A stretch of 64,000 nucleotides of DNA from Eledone cirrhosa (Eukaryota). How positions within the stretch are numbered: position 1 is the stretch's first letter; each line of letters starts with the position of its first letter. The notes below the pieces were generated by a model, which was not told where the DNA came from, did not search any database, and worked only from the letters and a program-made list of their open reading frames with translations. This document shows, piece after piece, positions 26,420 through 40,800 of this stretch. Both the position numbers and the translations under genes were made by a program. Location of the stretch: contig OZ024748.1 of assembly GCA_964016885.1 (NCBI GenBank), positions 22,568,001 through 22,632,000 of the forward strand, given 5' to 3'.

Positions 26420-27288
26420 AGGATGATAGTGATGCTGCTGGTGATGATGATGATGATCAGAACAATGGCGGCGTTGGTGGTGATGTTGATGAGGAAGTTG
26501 GTGATGGTGATGGTGATGGTGTTGGTGATGGTAATAGGGTGGTGGTGGTGGTGGTGGTGGTGGTGGTGGCGTTGGTGGTGATGATGATGAGGAAGTTGGT
26601 GATGGTGATGGTGATGGTGTTGGTGATGGTAATAGGGTGGTGGTGGTGGTGGTGGTGGTGGTGGCGTTGGTGGTGATGATGATGAGGAAGTTGGTGATGG
26701 TGATGGTGATAGTGATGGTGTTGGTAATAGGGTGGTGGTGGTGGTGGTGGCGTTGGTGGTGATGTTGATGAGGAAGTTGGTGATGGTGATGGTGATGGTG
26801 TTGGTAATAGGGTGGGGTGGTAGTGGTGGTGGCGTTGGTGATTAGGATGAAGAAGTTGGTGATGGTGATGGTAATAGGGTGGTGGTGGTGGTGGTGGTGG
26901 TGATGATGATGATGAGGAAGTTGGTGATGGTAATGGTGATGGTGATGGTGATGGTGTTGGTAATAGGGTGGTGGTGGTAGTGGTGGTGGTGATGGTGATT
27001 AGGATGAAGATGGGGATGAGGGTAACAGCACAGCACTGCTGCTAATGATGGTCGTTGTTGTTGGTGGTGGTGGTGGTGGTGTTGTGGTGGTGGAGGTGGT
27101 GGTGGTGGTGTTGTGATGGTGGAGGAGGTGGTGGTGGTGGTGTTAAGGAAGATGAAGATGATGATGATGATGGTGATGGTGTTGGTGTTGGTGATAGGGT
27201 GGTGGTGGTGGTGGTGGTGGTGGTGGCGTTGGCAATGATGATGGTAAGGATGTTGGTTATGTTGATGGTGATGGTGATAGGGTGGTGG

Positions 27289-27332
<44 letters not shown>

Positions 27333-27378
27333 GTGGTGGTGATGGTGGTGATGGTGATGATGATGGTGATGATGATGG

Positions 27379-27409
<31 letters not shown>

Positions 27410-27423
27410 AATGATGGTGATGG

Positions 27424-27454
<31 letters not shown>

Positions 27455-27530
27455 GGTGATGATGATGATGATAATGGTGATGGTGATGATGATGATGATG
27501 ATGAGGAGGAGGAGGAGGGGGGGGGGGGGG
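26420..27530. repeat. GGT/GAT trinucleotide-rich compound repeat with ~80-100 bp higher-order unit
   Basis: Recurring gatgaggaagttggtgatggt..ggtaatagggtggtggt; followed by (CTT)n at 27683-27757 and (ATTATTATC)n at 27805-27860. Confidence 0.9.
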
Positions 27531-27948
27531 TAGATGAGGAGGAGATTAATAGTTTTTTATTCCATTTATTGATATTGCCGATTTCTAATCTCCTGCAGCC
27601 TCCTACATCTTTATCCCCCCCCCCACCAATATTTTGATTTTGTTTTTACTTTTTATTGTTCCTATCTTCAACCTTCTCGCTTGTCTTCTTCTTCTTCTTC
27701 TTCTTCTTCTTCTTCTTCTTCTTCTTCTTCTTCTTCTTCTTCTTCTCGTTCTTCTTCATGTTAATGTTGTTTTCATAATTTATTTTTATTATTTTTATAT
27801 TTTTTATTATTATCATTATTATCATTATTATCATTATTATCATTATTATCATTATTATCATACCTCTTCTGTCTCTTCATTAAATTATATTTTATCTTGA
27901 CCCGCACATCAACCCGTACTTACTTTTAACATTGCATGTATGTATACA

Positions 27949-28044
<96 letters not shown>

Positions 28045-28148
28045 TAAAATTGAGTGGTAAATGTGAGTGTACATATCTCTATGTGTCTGTATACGTGTAT
28101 ATATGTATATATATGTATGTGTATGTGTGTATGTTTATATATATACGC

Positions 28149-28179
<31 letters not shown>

Positions 28180-28388
28180 CGTAGAGTGTATATACACATA
28201 CATATATATGTATGTGTATATATATATATATAAAATAAAATGTGTGATCTAATGAGTTTTACATCACTTTGAATATACATATTATATACACAAAAACAGC
28301 TAAAAATTATTTACAGATACCTCCAGTTCAGTTCTAAAGGGTAATAATTATATCATTCAATCATACACACACACGTACACACACGCAA

Positions 28389-28486
<98 letters not shown>

Positions 28487-28694
28487 ACACACACACTTGA
28501 AGCGGGGGGGAGGGCGACATTTAAGTACTCAAAGTAGGAAATAAAAGGAATATATTTTTATTTATGAAATTAATGAATCTTACAAGATTAGTCCTATTTC
28601 TCTCTCTGAGAATTTGTCTGATACAAATTCTTAGTGAGACAGAACTTACCATAAAGCAAAGGCCTTGTTAAAGGAGGCTCTGCTGCACTCCGGA

Positions 28695-28850
28695 CTGAGG
28701 AGGAAGAATGGCTCTTCCATCGCATCTCCCTCACCATCCTCCGATGAAAGGCCTTCTGACCGCCGGACCCTTCAGGCGTCCAGTGCGTAGGACCCCATTT
28801 GATCATAACAGTGAGATATGGGGAGGGCTGGAGAGACAGAGGCGATGACA
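28695..28850 (+). mobile_element. Degenerate CRE-like retrotransposon 3' fragment that runs directly into the satellite
   Basis: EEEWLFHRISLTILR*KAF; colinear with the reverse complement of 19735-19885 apart from a 7-bp indel. Confidence 0.72.
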
Positions 28851-31800
28851 GTGGGAGTTTGGTTCCTCTGTGTCTGGACATGGTGTACATGAGAGATGTA
28901 GGTGGCGGGAGAGACGGAGGCGATGACAGTGGGAGTTTGGTTCCTCTGTGTCTGGACATGGTGTACATGAGAGATGTAGGTGGCGGGAGAGACGGAGGCG
29001 ATGACAGTGGGAGTTTGGTTCCTCTGTGTTCGGACCTGGTGTACATGAGAGATGTAGGTGGCGGGAGAGACAGAGGCGATGACAGTGGGAGTTTGGTTCC
29101 TCTGTGTTCGGACATGGTGTACATGAGAGATGGGGAGGGCGGGAGAGACAGAGGCGATGACAGTGGGAGTTTGGTTCCTCTGTGTTCGGACATGGTGTAC
29201 ATGAGAGATGGGGAGGGCGGGAGAGACAGAGGCGATGACAGTGGGAGTTTGGTTCCTCTGTGTTCGGACATGGTGTACATGAGAGATGGAGAGGGCGGGA
29301 GAGACAGAGGCGATGACAGTGGGAGTTTGGTTCCTCTGTGTTCGGACATGGTGTACATGAGAGATGGGGAGGGCGGGAGAGACAGAGGCGATGACAGTGG
29401 GAGTTTGGTTCCTCTGTGTTCGGACCTGGTGTACATGAGAGATGTAGGTGGCGGGAGAGACAGAGGAGATGACAGTGGGAGTTTGGTTCCTCTGTGTTCG
29501 GACATGGTGTACATGAGAGATGGGGAGGGCGGGAGAGACGGAGGCGATGACAGTGGGAGTTTGGTTCCTCTGTGTCCGGACATGGTGTACATGAGAGATG
29601 GGGAGGGCGGGAGAGACGGAGGCGATGACAGTGGGAGTTTGGTTCCTCTGTGTCCGGACATGGTGTACATGAGAGATGTAGGTGGCGGGAGAGACAGAGG
29701 CGATGACAGTGGGAGTTTGGTTCCTCTGTGTTCGGACATGGTGTACATGAGAGATGTAGGTGGCGGGAGAGACAGAGGCGATGACAGTGGGAGTTTGGTT
29801 CCTCTGTGTTCGGACATGGTGTACATGAGAGATGTAGGTGGCGGGAGAGACAGAGGCGATGACAGTGGGAGTTTGGTTCCTCTGTGTTCGGACATGGTGT
29901 ACATGAGAGATGGGGAGGGCGGGAGAGACAGAGGCGATGACAGTGGGAGTTTGGTTCCTCTGTGTTCGGACCTGGTGTACATGAGAGATGGGGAGAGCGG
30001 GAGAGACGGAGGCGATGACAGTGGGAGTTTGGTTCCTCTGTGTTCGGACATGGTGTACATGAGAGATGGGGAGGGCGGGAGAGACAGAGGCGATGACAGT
30101 GGGAGTTTGGTTCCTCTGTGTTCGGACCTGGTGTACATGAGAGATGGGGAGGGCGGGAGAGACAGAGGCGATGACAGTGGGAGTTTGGTTCCTCTGTGTT
30201 CGGACATGGTGTACATGAGAGATGGGGAGGGCGGGAGAGACAGAGGCGATGACAGTGGGAGTTTGGTTCCTCTGTGTTCGGACATGGTGTACATGAGAGA
30301 TGGGGAGGGCGGGAGAGACAGAGGCGATGACAGTGGGAGTTTGGTTCCTCTGTGTTCGGACCTGGTGTACATGAGAGATGGGGAGGGCGGGAGAGACAGA
30401 GGCGATGACAGTGGGAGTTTGGTTCCTCTGTGTTCGGACCTGGTGTACATGAGAGATGGGGATGGCGGGAGAGACAGAGGCGATGACAGTGGGAGTTTGG
30501 TTCCTCTGTGTTCGGACATGGTGTACATGAGAGATGGGGAGGGCGGGAGAGACAGAGGCGATGACAGTGGGAGTTTGGTTCCTCTGTGTTCGGACCTGGT
30601 GTACATGAGAGATGGGGAGGGCGGGAGAGACGGAGGCGATGACAGTGGGAGTTTGGTTCCTCTGTGTTCGGACATGATGTACATGAGAGATGGGGAGGGC
30701 GGGAGAGACGGAGGCGATGACAGTGGGAGTTTGGTTCCTCTGTGTTCGGACCTGGTGTACATGAGAGATGGGGAGGGCGGGAGAGACAGAGGCGATGACA
30801 GTGGGAGTTTGGTTCCTCTGTGTTCGGACATGGTGTACATGAGAGATGTAGGTGGCGGGAGAGACAGAGGCGATGACAGTGGGAGTTTGGTTCCTCTGTG
30901 TCTCGACATGGTGTACATGAGAGATGTAGGTGGTGGGAGAGACAGAGGCGATGACAGTGGGAGTTTGGTTCCTCTGTGTTCGGACATGGTGTACATGAGA
31001 GATGGGGAGGGCGGGAGAGACAGAGGCGATGACAGTGGGAGTTTGGTTCCTCTGTGTTCGGACATGGTGTACATGAGAGATGGGGAGGGCGGGAGAGACA
31101 GAGGCGATGACAGTGGGAGTTTGGTTCCTCTGTGTTCGGACCTGGTGTACATGAGAGATGGGGAGGGCGGGAGAGACAGAGGCGATGACAGTGGGAGTTT
31201 GGTTCCTCTGTGTTCGGACCTGGTGTACATGAGAGATGGGGATGGCGGGAGAGACAGAGGCGATGACAGTGGGAGTTTGGTTCCTCTGTGTTCGGACATG
31301 GTGTACATGAGAGATGGGGAGGGCGGGAGAGACAGAGGCGATGACAGTGGGAGTTTGGTTCCTCTGTGTTCGGACCTGGTGTACATGAGAGATGGGGAGG
31401 GCGGGAGAGACGGAGGCGATGACAGTGGGAGTTTGGTTCCTCTGTGTTCGGACATGATGTACATGAGAGATGGGGAGGGCGGGAGAGACGGAGGCGATGA
31501 CAGTGGGAGTTTGGTTCCTCTGTGTTCGGACCTGGTGTACATGAGAGATGGGGAGGGCGGGAGAGACAGAGGCGATGACAGTGGGAGTTTGGTTCCTCTG
31601 TGTTCGGACATGGTGTACATGAGAGATGTAGGTGGCGGGAGAGACAGAGGCGATGACAGTGGGAGTTTGGTTCCTCTGTGTCTCGACATGGTGTACATGA
31701 GAGATGTAGGTGGTGGGAGAGACAGAGGCGATGACAGTGGGAGTTTGGTTCCTCTGTGTTCGGACATGGTGTACATGAGAGATGGGGAGGGAGAGACAGA

Positions 31801-34800
31801 GGCGATGACAGTGGGAGTTTGGTTCCTCTGTGTTCGGACATGGTGTACATGAGAGATGGGGAGGGCGGGAGAGACAGAGGCGATGACAGTGGGAGTTTGG
31901 TTCCTCTGTGTCTGGACATGGTGTAAATGAGAGATGTAGGTGGCGGGAGAGACAGAGGCGATGACAGTGGGAGTTTGGTTCCTCTGTGTCTCGACATGGT
32001 GTACATGAGAGATGTAGGTGGTGGGAGAGACAGAGGCGATGACAGTGGGAGTTTGGTTCCTCTGTGTCTCGACATGGTGTACATGAGAGATGTAGGTGGT
32101 GGGAGAGACAGAGGCGATGACAGTGGGAGTTTGGTTCCTCTGTGTCTCGACATGGTGTACATGAGAGATGTAGGTGGTGGAAGAGACAGAGGCGATGACA
32201 GTGGGAGTTTGGTTCCTCTGTGTCCGGACATGGTGTACATGAGAGATGTAGGTGGCGGGAGAGACAGAGGCGATGACAGTGGGAGTTTGGTTCCTCTGTG
32301 TTCGGACATGGTGTACATGAGAGATGTAGGTGGCGGGAGAGACAGAGGCGATGACAGTGGGAGTTTGGTTCCTCTGTGTTCGGACATGGTGTACATGAGA
32401 GATGTAGGTGGCGGGAGAGACAGAGGCGATGACAGTGGGAGTTTGGTTCCTCTGTGTTCGGACATGGTGTAAATGAGAGATGTAGGTGGCGGGAGAGACA
32501 GAGGCGATGACAGTGGGAGTTTGGTTCCTCTGTGTTCGGACATGGTGTACATGAGAGATGTAGGTGGCGGGAGAGACAGAGGCGATGACAGTGGGAGTTT
32601 GGTTCCTCTGTGTTCGGACATGGTGTACATGAGAGATGTAGGTGGCGGGAGAGACAGAGGCGATGACAGTGGGAGTTTGGTTCCTCTGTGTTCGGACATG
32701 GTGTAAATGAGAGATGTAGGTGGCGGGAGAGACAGAGGCGATGACAGTGGGAGTTTGGTTCCTCTGTGTTCGGACATGGTGTACATGAGAGATGTAGGTG
32801 GCGGGAGAGACAGAGGCGATGACAGTGGGAGTTTGGTTCCTCTGTGTTCGGACATGGTGTACATGAGAGATGTAGGTGGCGGGAGAGACAGAGGCGATGA
32901 CAGTGGGAGTTTGGTTCCTCTGTGTTCGGACATGGTGTACATGAGAGATGTAGGTGGCGGGAGAGACAGAGGCGATGACAGTGGGAGTTTGGTTCCTCTG
33001 TGTTCGGACATGGTGTAAATGAGAGATGTAGGTGGCGGGAGAGACAGGGGCGATGACAGTGGGAGTTTGGTTCCTCTGTGTTCGGACATGGTGTACATGA
33101 GAGATGGGGAGGGAGAGACAGAGGCGATGACAGTGGGAGTTTGGTTCCTCTGTGTTCGGACATGGTGTACATGAGAGATGTAGGTGGTGGGAGTGACAGA
33201 GGCGATGACAGTGGGAGTTTGGTTCCTCTGTGTCTCGACATGGTGTACATGAGAGATGTAGGTGGTGGGAGAGACAGAGGCGATGACAGTGGGAGTTTGG
33301 TTCCTCTGTGTTCGGACATGGTGTACATGAGAGATGTAGGTGGTGGAAGAGACAGAGGCGATGACAGTCGGAGTTTGGTTCCTCTGTGTTCGGACATGGT
33401 GTACATGAGAGATGTAGGTGGTGGGAGAGACAGAGGCGATGACAGTGGGAGTTTGGTTCCTCTGTGTTCGGACATGGTGTACATGAGAGATGTAGGTGGT
33501 GGAAGAGACAGAGGCGATGACAGTGGGAGTTTGGTTCCTCTGTGTCCGGACATGGTGTACATGAGAGATGTAGGTGGCGGGAGAGACGGAGGTGATGACA
33601 GTGGGAGTTTGGTTCCTCTGTGTCTCGACATGGTGTACATGAGAGATGGGGAGGGAGAGACAGAGGCGATGACAGTGGGAGTTTGGTTCCTCTGTGTCCG
33701 GACATGGTGTACATGAGAGATGTAGGTGGTGGGAGAGACAGAGGCGATGACAGTGGGAGTTTGGTTCCTCTGTGTTCGGACATGGTGTACATGAGAGATG
33801 GGGAGGGAGAGACAGAGGCGATGACAGTGGGAGTTTGGTTCCTCTGTGTTCGGACATGGTGTACATGAGAGATGTAGGTGGCGGGAGAGACAGAGGCGAT
33901 GACAGTGGGAGTTTGGTTCCTCTGTGTTCGGACATGGTGTACATGAGAGATGTAGGTGGCGGGAGAGACAGAGGCGATGACAGTGGGAGTTTGGTTCCTC
34001 TGTGTTCGGACATGGTGTAAATGAGAGATGTAGGTGGCGGGAGAGACAGAGGCGATGACAGTGGGAGTTTGGTTCCTCTGTGTTCGGACATGGTGTACAT
34101 GAGAGATGTAGGTGGCGGGAGAGACAGAGGCGATGACAGTGGGAGTTTGGTTCCTCTGTGTTCGGACATGGTGTACATGAGAGATGTAGGTGGCGGGAGA
34201 GACAGAGGCGATGACAGTGGGAGTTTGGTTCCTCTGTGTTCGGACATGGTGTACATGAGAGATGTAGGTGGCGGGAGAGACAGAGGCGATGACAGTGGGA
34301 GTTTGGTTCCTCTGTGTTCGGACATGGTGTAAATGAGAGATGTAGGTGGCGGGAGAGACAGGGGCGATGACAGTGGGAGTTTGGTTCCTCTGTGTTCGGA
34401 CATGGTGTACATGAGAGATGGGGAGGGAGAGACAGAGGCGATGACAGTGGGAGTTTGGTTCCTCTGTGTTCGGACATGGTGTACATGAGAGATGTAGGTG
34501 GTGGGAGTGACAGAGGCGATGACAGTGGGAGTTTGGTTCCTCTGTGTCTCGACATGGTGTACATGAGAGATGTAGGTGGTGGGAGAGACAGAGGCGATGA
34601 CAGTGGGAGTTTGGTTCCTCTGTGTTCGGACATGGTGTACATGAGAGATGTAGGTGGTGGAAGAGACAGAGGCGATGACAGTCGGAGTTTGGTTCCTCTG
34701 TGTTCGGACATGGTGTACATGAGAGATGTAGGTGGTGGGAGAGACAGAGGCGATGACAGTGGGAGTTTGGTTCCTCTGTGTTCGGACATGGTGTACATGA

Positions 34801-37800
34801 GAGATGTAGGTGGTGGAAGAGACAGAGGCGATGACAGTGGGAGTTTGGTTCCTCTGTGTCCGGACATGGTGTACATGAGAGATGTAGGTGGCGGGAGAGA
34901 CGGAGGTGATGACAGTGGGAGTTTGGTTCCTCTGTGTCTCGACATGGTGTACATGAGAGATGGGGAGGGAGAGACAGAGGCGATGACAGTGGGAGTTTGG
35001 TTCCTCTGTGTCCGGACATGGTGTACATGAGAGATGTAGGTGGTGGGAGAGACAGAGGCGATGACAGTGGGAGTTTGGTTCCTCTGTGTTCGGACATGGT
35101 GTACATGAGAGATGGGGAGGGAGAGACAGAGGCGATGACAGTGGGAGTTTGGTTCCTCTGTGTTCGGACATGGTGTACATGAGAGATGTAGGTGGCGGGA
35201 GAGACAGAGGCGATGACAGTGGGAGTTTGGTTCCTCTGTGTTCGGACATGGTGTACATGAGAGATGTAGGTGGCGGGAGAGACAGAGGCGATGACAGTGG
35301 GAGTTTGGTTCCTCTGTGTTCGGACCTGGTGTACATGAGAGATGGGGAGGGAGAGAGAGACGGAGGCGATGACAGTGGGAGTTTGGTTCCTCTGTGTCCG
35401 GACATGGTGTACATGAGAGATGTAGGTGGCGGGAGAGACAGAGGCGATGACAGTGGGAGTTTGGTTCCTCTGTGTTCGGACCTGGTGTACATGAGAGATG
35501 GGGAGGGAGAGAGAGACGGAGGCGATGACAGTGGGAGTTTGGTTCCTCTGTGTTCGGACATGGTGTACATGAGAGATGGGGAGGGCGGGAAAGACAGAGG
35601 CGATGACAGTGGGAGTTTGGTTCCTCTGTGTCCGGACATGGTGTACATGAGAGATGTAGGTGGCGGGAGAGACAGAGGCGATGACAGTGGGAGTTTAGTT
35701 CCTCTGTGTTCGGACATGGTGTACATGAGAGATGTAGGTGGTGGGAGAGACAGAGGCGATGACAGTGGGAGTTTGGTTCCTCTGTGTTCGGACATGGTGT
35801 ACATGAGAGATGTAGGTGGCGGGAGAGACAGAGGCGATGACAGTCGGAGTTTGGTTCCTCTGTGTTCGGACATGGTGTACATGAGAGATGTAGGTGGTGG
35901 GAGAGACAGAGGCGATGACAGTGGGAGTTTGGTTCCTCTGTGTTCGCACATGGTGTACATGAGAGATGTAGGTGGAGAGAGAGACACAGGCGATGACAGT
36001 GGGAGTTTGGTTCCTCTGTGTCCGGACATGGTGTACATGAGAGATGTAGGTGGCGGGAGAGACAGAGGCGATGACAGTGGGAGTTTGGTTCCTCTGTGTT
36101 CGGACCTGGTGTACATGAGAGATGGGGAGGGAGAGAGAGACGGAGGCGATGACAGTGGGAGTTTGGTTCCTCTGTGTTCGGACATGGTGTACATGAGAGA
36201 TGGGGAGGGCGGGAAAGACAGAGGCGATGACAGTGGGAGTTTGGTTCCTCTGTGTCCGGACATGGTGTACATGAGAGATGTAGGTGGCGGGAGAGACAGA
36301 GGCGATGACAGTGGGAGTTTAGTTCCTCTGTGTTCGGACATGGTGTACATGAGAGATGTAGGTGGTGGGAGAGACAGAGGCGATGACAGTGGGAGTTTGG
36401 TTCCTCTGTGTTCGGACATGGTGTACATGAGAGATGTAGGTGGCGGGAGAGACAGAGGCGATGACAGTCGGAGTTTGGTTCCTCTGTGTTCGGACATGGT
36501 GTACATGAGAGATGTAGGTGGTGGGAGAGACAGAGGCGATGACAGTGGGAGTTTGGTTCCTCTGTGTTCGCACATGGTGTACATGAGAGATGTAGGTGGA
36601 GAGAGAGACACAGGCGATGACAGTGGGAGTTTGGTTCCTCTGTGTTCGGACATGGTGTACATGAGAGATGTAGGTGGCGGGAGAGACAGAGGCGATGACA
36701 GTGGGAGTTTGGTTCCTCTGTGTTCGGACCTGGTGTACATGAGAGATGTAGGTGGTGGGAGAGACGGAGGCGATGACAGTGGGAGTTTGGTTCCTCTGTG
36801 TTCGGACATGGTGTACATGAGAGATGGGGAGGGAGAGACGGAGGCGATGACAGTGGGAGTTTGGTTCCTCTGTGTCCGGACCTGGTGTACATGAGAGATG
36901 GGGAGAGCGGGAGAGACGGAGGCGATGACAGTGGGAGTTTGGTTCCTCTGTATTCGGACATGGTGTACATGAGAGATGGGGAGGGCGGGAGAGACAGAGG
37001 CGATGACAGTGGGAGTTTGGTTCCTCTGTGTTCGGACATGGTGTACATGAGAGATGTAGGTGGCGGGAGAGACAGAGGCGATGACAGTGGGAGTTTGGTT
37101 CCTCTGTTTTCGGACATGGTGTACATGAGAGATGGGGAGGGCGGGAGAGACAGAGGCGATGACACTGGGAGTTTGGTTCCTCTGTATTCGGACATGGTGT
37201 ACATGAGAGATGGGGAGGGCGGGAGAGACAGAGGCGATGACAGTGGGAGTTTGGTTCCTCTGTGTTCGGACATGGTGTACATGAGAGATGTAGGTGGCGG
37301 GAGAGACAGAGGCGATGACAGTGGGAGTTTGGTTCCTCTGTGTTCGGACATGGTGTACATGAGAGATGGGGAGGGCGGGAGAGACAGAGGCGATGACAGT
37401 GGGAGTTTGGTTCCTCTGTGTTCGGACCTGGTGTACATGAGAGATGGGGAGGGCGGGAGAGACAGAGGCGATGACACTGGGAGTTTGGTTCCTCTGTATT
37501 CGGACATGGTGTACATGAGAGATGGGGAGGGCGGGAGAGACAGAGGCGATGACAGTGGGAGTTTGGTTCCTCTGTGTTCGGACATGGTGTACATGAGAGA
37601 TGTAGGTGGCGGGAGAGACAGAGGCGATGACAGTGGGAGTTTGGTTCCTCTGTGTTCGGACCTGGTGTACATGAGAGATGTAGGTGGTGGGAGAGACGGA
37701 GGCGATGACAGTGGGAGTTTGGTTCCTCTGTGTTCGGACATGGTGTACATGAGAGATGTAGGTGGTGGGAGAGACAGAGGCGATGACAGTGGGATTTTGG

Positions 37801-40800
37801 TTCCTCTGTGTTCGGACATGGTGTACATGAGTGATGGGGAGGGCGGGAGAAACAGAGGCGATGACACTGGGAGTTTGGTTCCTCTGTATTCGGACATGGT
37901 GTACATGAGAGATGGGGAGGGCGGGAGAGACAGAGGCGATGACAGTGGGAGTTTGGTTCCTCTGTGTTCGGACCTGGTGTACATGAGAGATGTAGGTGGC
38001 GGGAGAGACAGAGGCGATGACAGTGGGAGTTTGGTTCCTCTGTGTTCGGACCTGGTGTACATGAGAGATGTAGGTGGTGGGAGAGACGGAGGCGATGACA
38101 GTGGGAGTTTGGTTCCTCTGTGTTCGGACATGGTGTACATGAGAGATGTAGGTGGTGGGAGAGACAGAGGCGATGACAGTGGGAGCTTGGTTCCTCTGTG
38201 TTCGGACATGGTGTACATGAGAGATGGGGAGGGCGGGAGAGACAGAGGCGATGACACTGGGAGTTTGGTTCCTCTGTATTCGGACATGGTGTACATGAGA
38301 GATGGGGAGGGCGGGAGAGACAGAGGCGATGACACTGGGAGTTTGGTTCCTCTGTATTCGGACATGGTGTACATGAGAGATGGGGAGGGCGGGAGAGACA
38401 GAGGCGATGACACTGGGAGTTTGGTTCCTCTGTATTCGGACATGGTGTACATGACAGATGTAGGTGGTGGTAGAGACAGAGGCGATGACAGTGGGAGCTT
38501 GGTTCCTCTGTGTTCGGACATGGTGTACATGAGAGATGGGGAGGGCGGGAGAGACAGAGGCGATGACACTGGGAGTTTGGTTCCTCTGTGTTCGGACCTG
38601 GTGTACATGAGAGATGTAGGTGGCGGGAGAGACAGAGGCGATGACAGTGGAAGTTTGGTTCCTCTGTGTTCGGACCTGGTGTACATGAGAGATGTAGGTG
38701 GTGGGAGAGACGGAGGCGATGACAGTGGGAGTTTGGTTCCTCTGTGTTCGGACATGGTGTACATGAGAGATGTAGGTGGTGGAAGAGACAGAGGCGATGA
38801 CAGTGGGAGTTTGGTTCCTCTGTGTTCGGACATGGTGTACATGAGAGATGTAGGTGGTGGAAGAGACAGAGGCGATGACAGTGGGAGTTTTGTTCCTCTG
38901 TGTTCGGACATGGTGTACATGAGAGATGTAGGTGGCGGGAGAGACAGAGGCGATGACAGTGGGAGTTTGGTTCCTCTGTGTTCGGACATGGTGTACATGA
39001 GAGATGTAGGTGGCGGGAGAGACAGAGGCGATGACAGTGGGAGTTTGGTTCCTCTGTGTTCGGACATGGTGTACATGAGAGATGTAGGTGGCAGGAGAGA
39101 CAGAGGCGATGACAGTGGGAGTTTGGTTCCTCTGTGTTCGGACATGGTGTACATGAGAGATGTAGGTGGTGGAAGAGACAGAGGCGATGACAGTGGGAGT
39201 TTGGTTCCTCTGTGTTCGGACCTGGTGTACATGAGAGATGTAGGTGGCGGGAGAGACAGAGGCGATGACAGTGGGAGTTTGGTTCCTCTGTGTTCGGACA
39301 TGGTGTACATGAGAGATGTAGGTGGTGGGAGAGACGGAGGCGATGACAGTGGGAGTTTGGTTCCTCTGTGTTCAGACCTGGTGTACATGAGAGATGTAGG
39401 TGGCGGGAGAGACAGAGGCGATGACAGTGGGAGTTTGGTTCCTCTGTGTTCGGACATGGTGTACATGAGAGATGTAGGTGGTGGAAGAGACAGAGGCGAT
39501 GACAGTGGGAGTTTGGTTCCTCTGTGTTCGGACATGGTGTACATGAGAGATGGGGAGGGCGGGAGAGACAGAGGTGATGACAGTGGGAGTTTGGTTCCTC
39601 TGTGTTCGGACATGGTGTACATGAGAGATGTAGGTGGCGGGAGAGACAGAGGCGATGACAGTGGGAGTTTGGTTCCTCTGTGTTCGGACATGGTGTACAT
39701 GAGAGATGTAGGTGGCGGGAGAGACAGAGGAGATGACAGTGGGAGTTTGGTTCCTCTGTGTTCGGACATGGTGTACATGAGAGATGTAGGTGGCGGGAGA
39801 GACAGAGGCGATGACAGTGGGAGTTTGGTTCCTCTGTGTTCGGACATGGTGTACATGAGAGATGTAGGTGGCGGGAGAGACAGAGGCGATGACAGTGGGA
39901 GTTTGGTTCCTCTGTATTCGGACATGGTGTACATGAGAGATGTAGGTGGCGGGAGAGACAGAGGAGATGACAGTGGGAGTTTGGTTCCTCTGTGTTCGGA
40001 CATGGTGTATATGAGAGATGTAGGTGGCGGGAGAGACAGAGGTGATGACAGTGGGAGTTTGGTTCCTCTGTGTTCGGACATGGTGTACATGAGAGATGTA
40101 GGTGGCGGGAGAGACGGAGGCGATGACAGTGGGAGTTTGGTTCCTCTGTGTTCGGACATGGTGTACATGAGAGATGTAGGTGGCGGGAGAGACAGAGGCG
40201 ATGACACTGGGAGTTTGGTTCCTCTGTGTCCGGACCTGGCGTACATGAGAGATGTAGGTGGCGGGAGAGACAGAGGCGATGACAGTGGGAGTTTGGTTCC
40301 TCTGTGTCCGGACCTGGCGTACATGAGAGATGTAGGTGGCGGGAGAGACAGAGGTGATGACAGTGGGAGTTTGGTTCCTCTGTGTTCGGACATGGTGTAC
40401 ATGAGAGATGTAGGTGGCGGGAGAGACGGAGGCGATGACAGTGGGAGTTTGGTTTCCCTGTGTTCGGACATGGTGTACATGACAGATGTAGGTGGCGGGA
40501 GAGACAGAGGCGATGACACTGGGAGTTTGGTTCCTCTGTGTCCGGACCTGGCGTACATGAGAGATGTAGGTGGCGGGAGAGACAGAGGCGATGACAGTGG
40601 GAGTTTGGTTCCTCTGTGTCCGGACCTGGCGTACATGAGAGATGTAGGTGGCGGGAGAGACAGAGGCGATGACAGTGGGAGTTTGGTTCCTCTGTGTCCG
40701 GACCTGGCGTACATGAGAGATGGGGAGGGCGGGAGAGACAGAGGCGATGACAGTGGGAGTTTGGTTCCTCTGTGTCCGGACCTGGCGTACATGAGAGATG

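Noticed and set aside
28615-28670. Spliced-leader RNA gene as CRE target (ATG|GTAAGT plus AATTTGT on minus)
   Set aside because: Sm-site match is poor, no repeated gene unit is visible, and flanks of the two CRE relics are not otherwise alignable.
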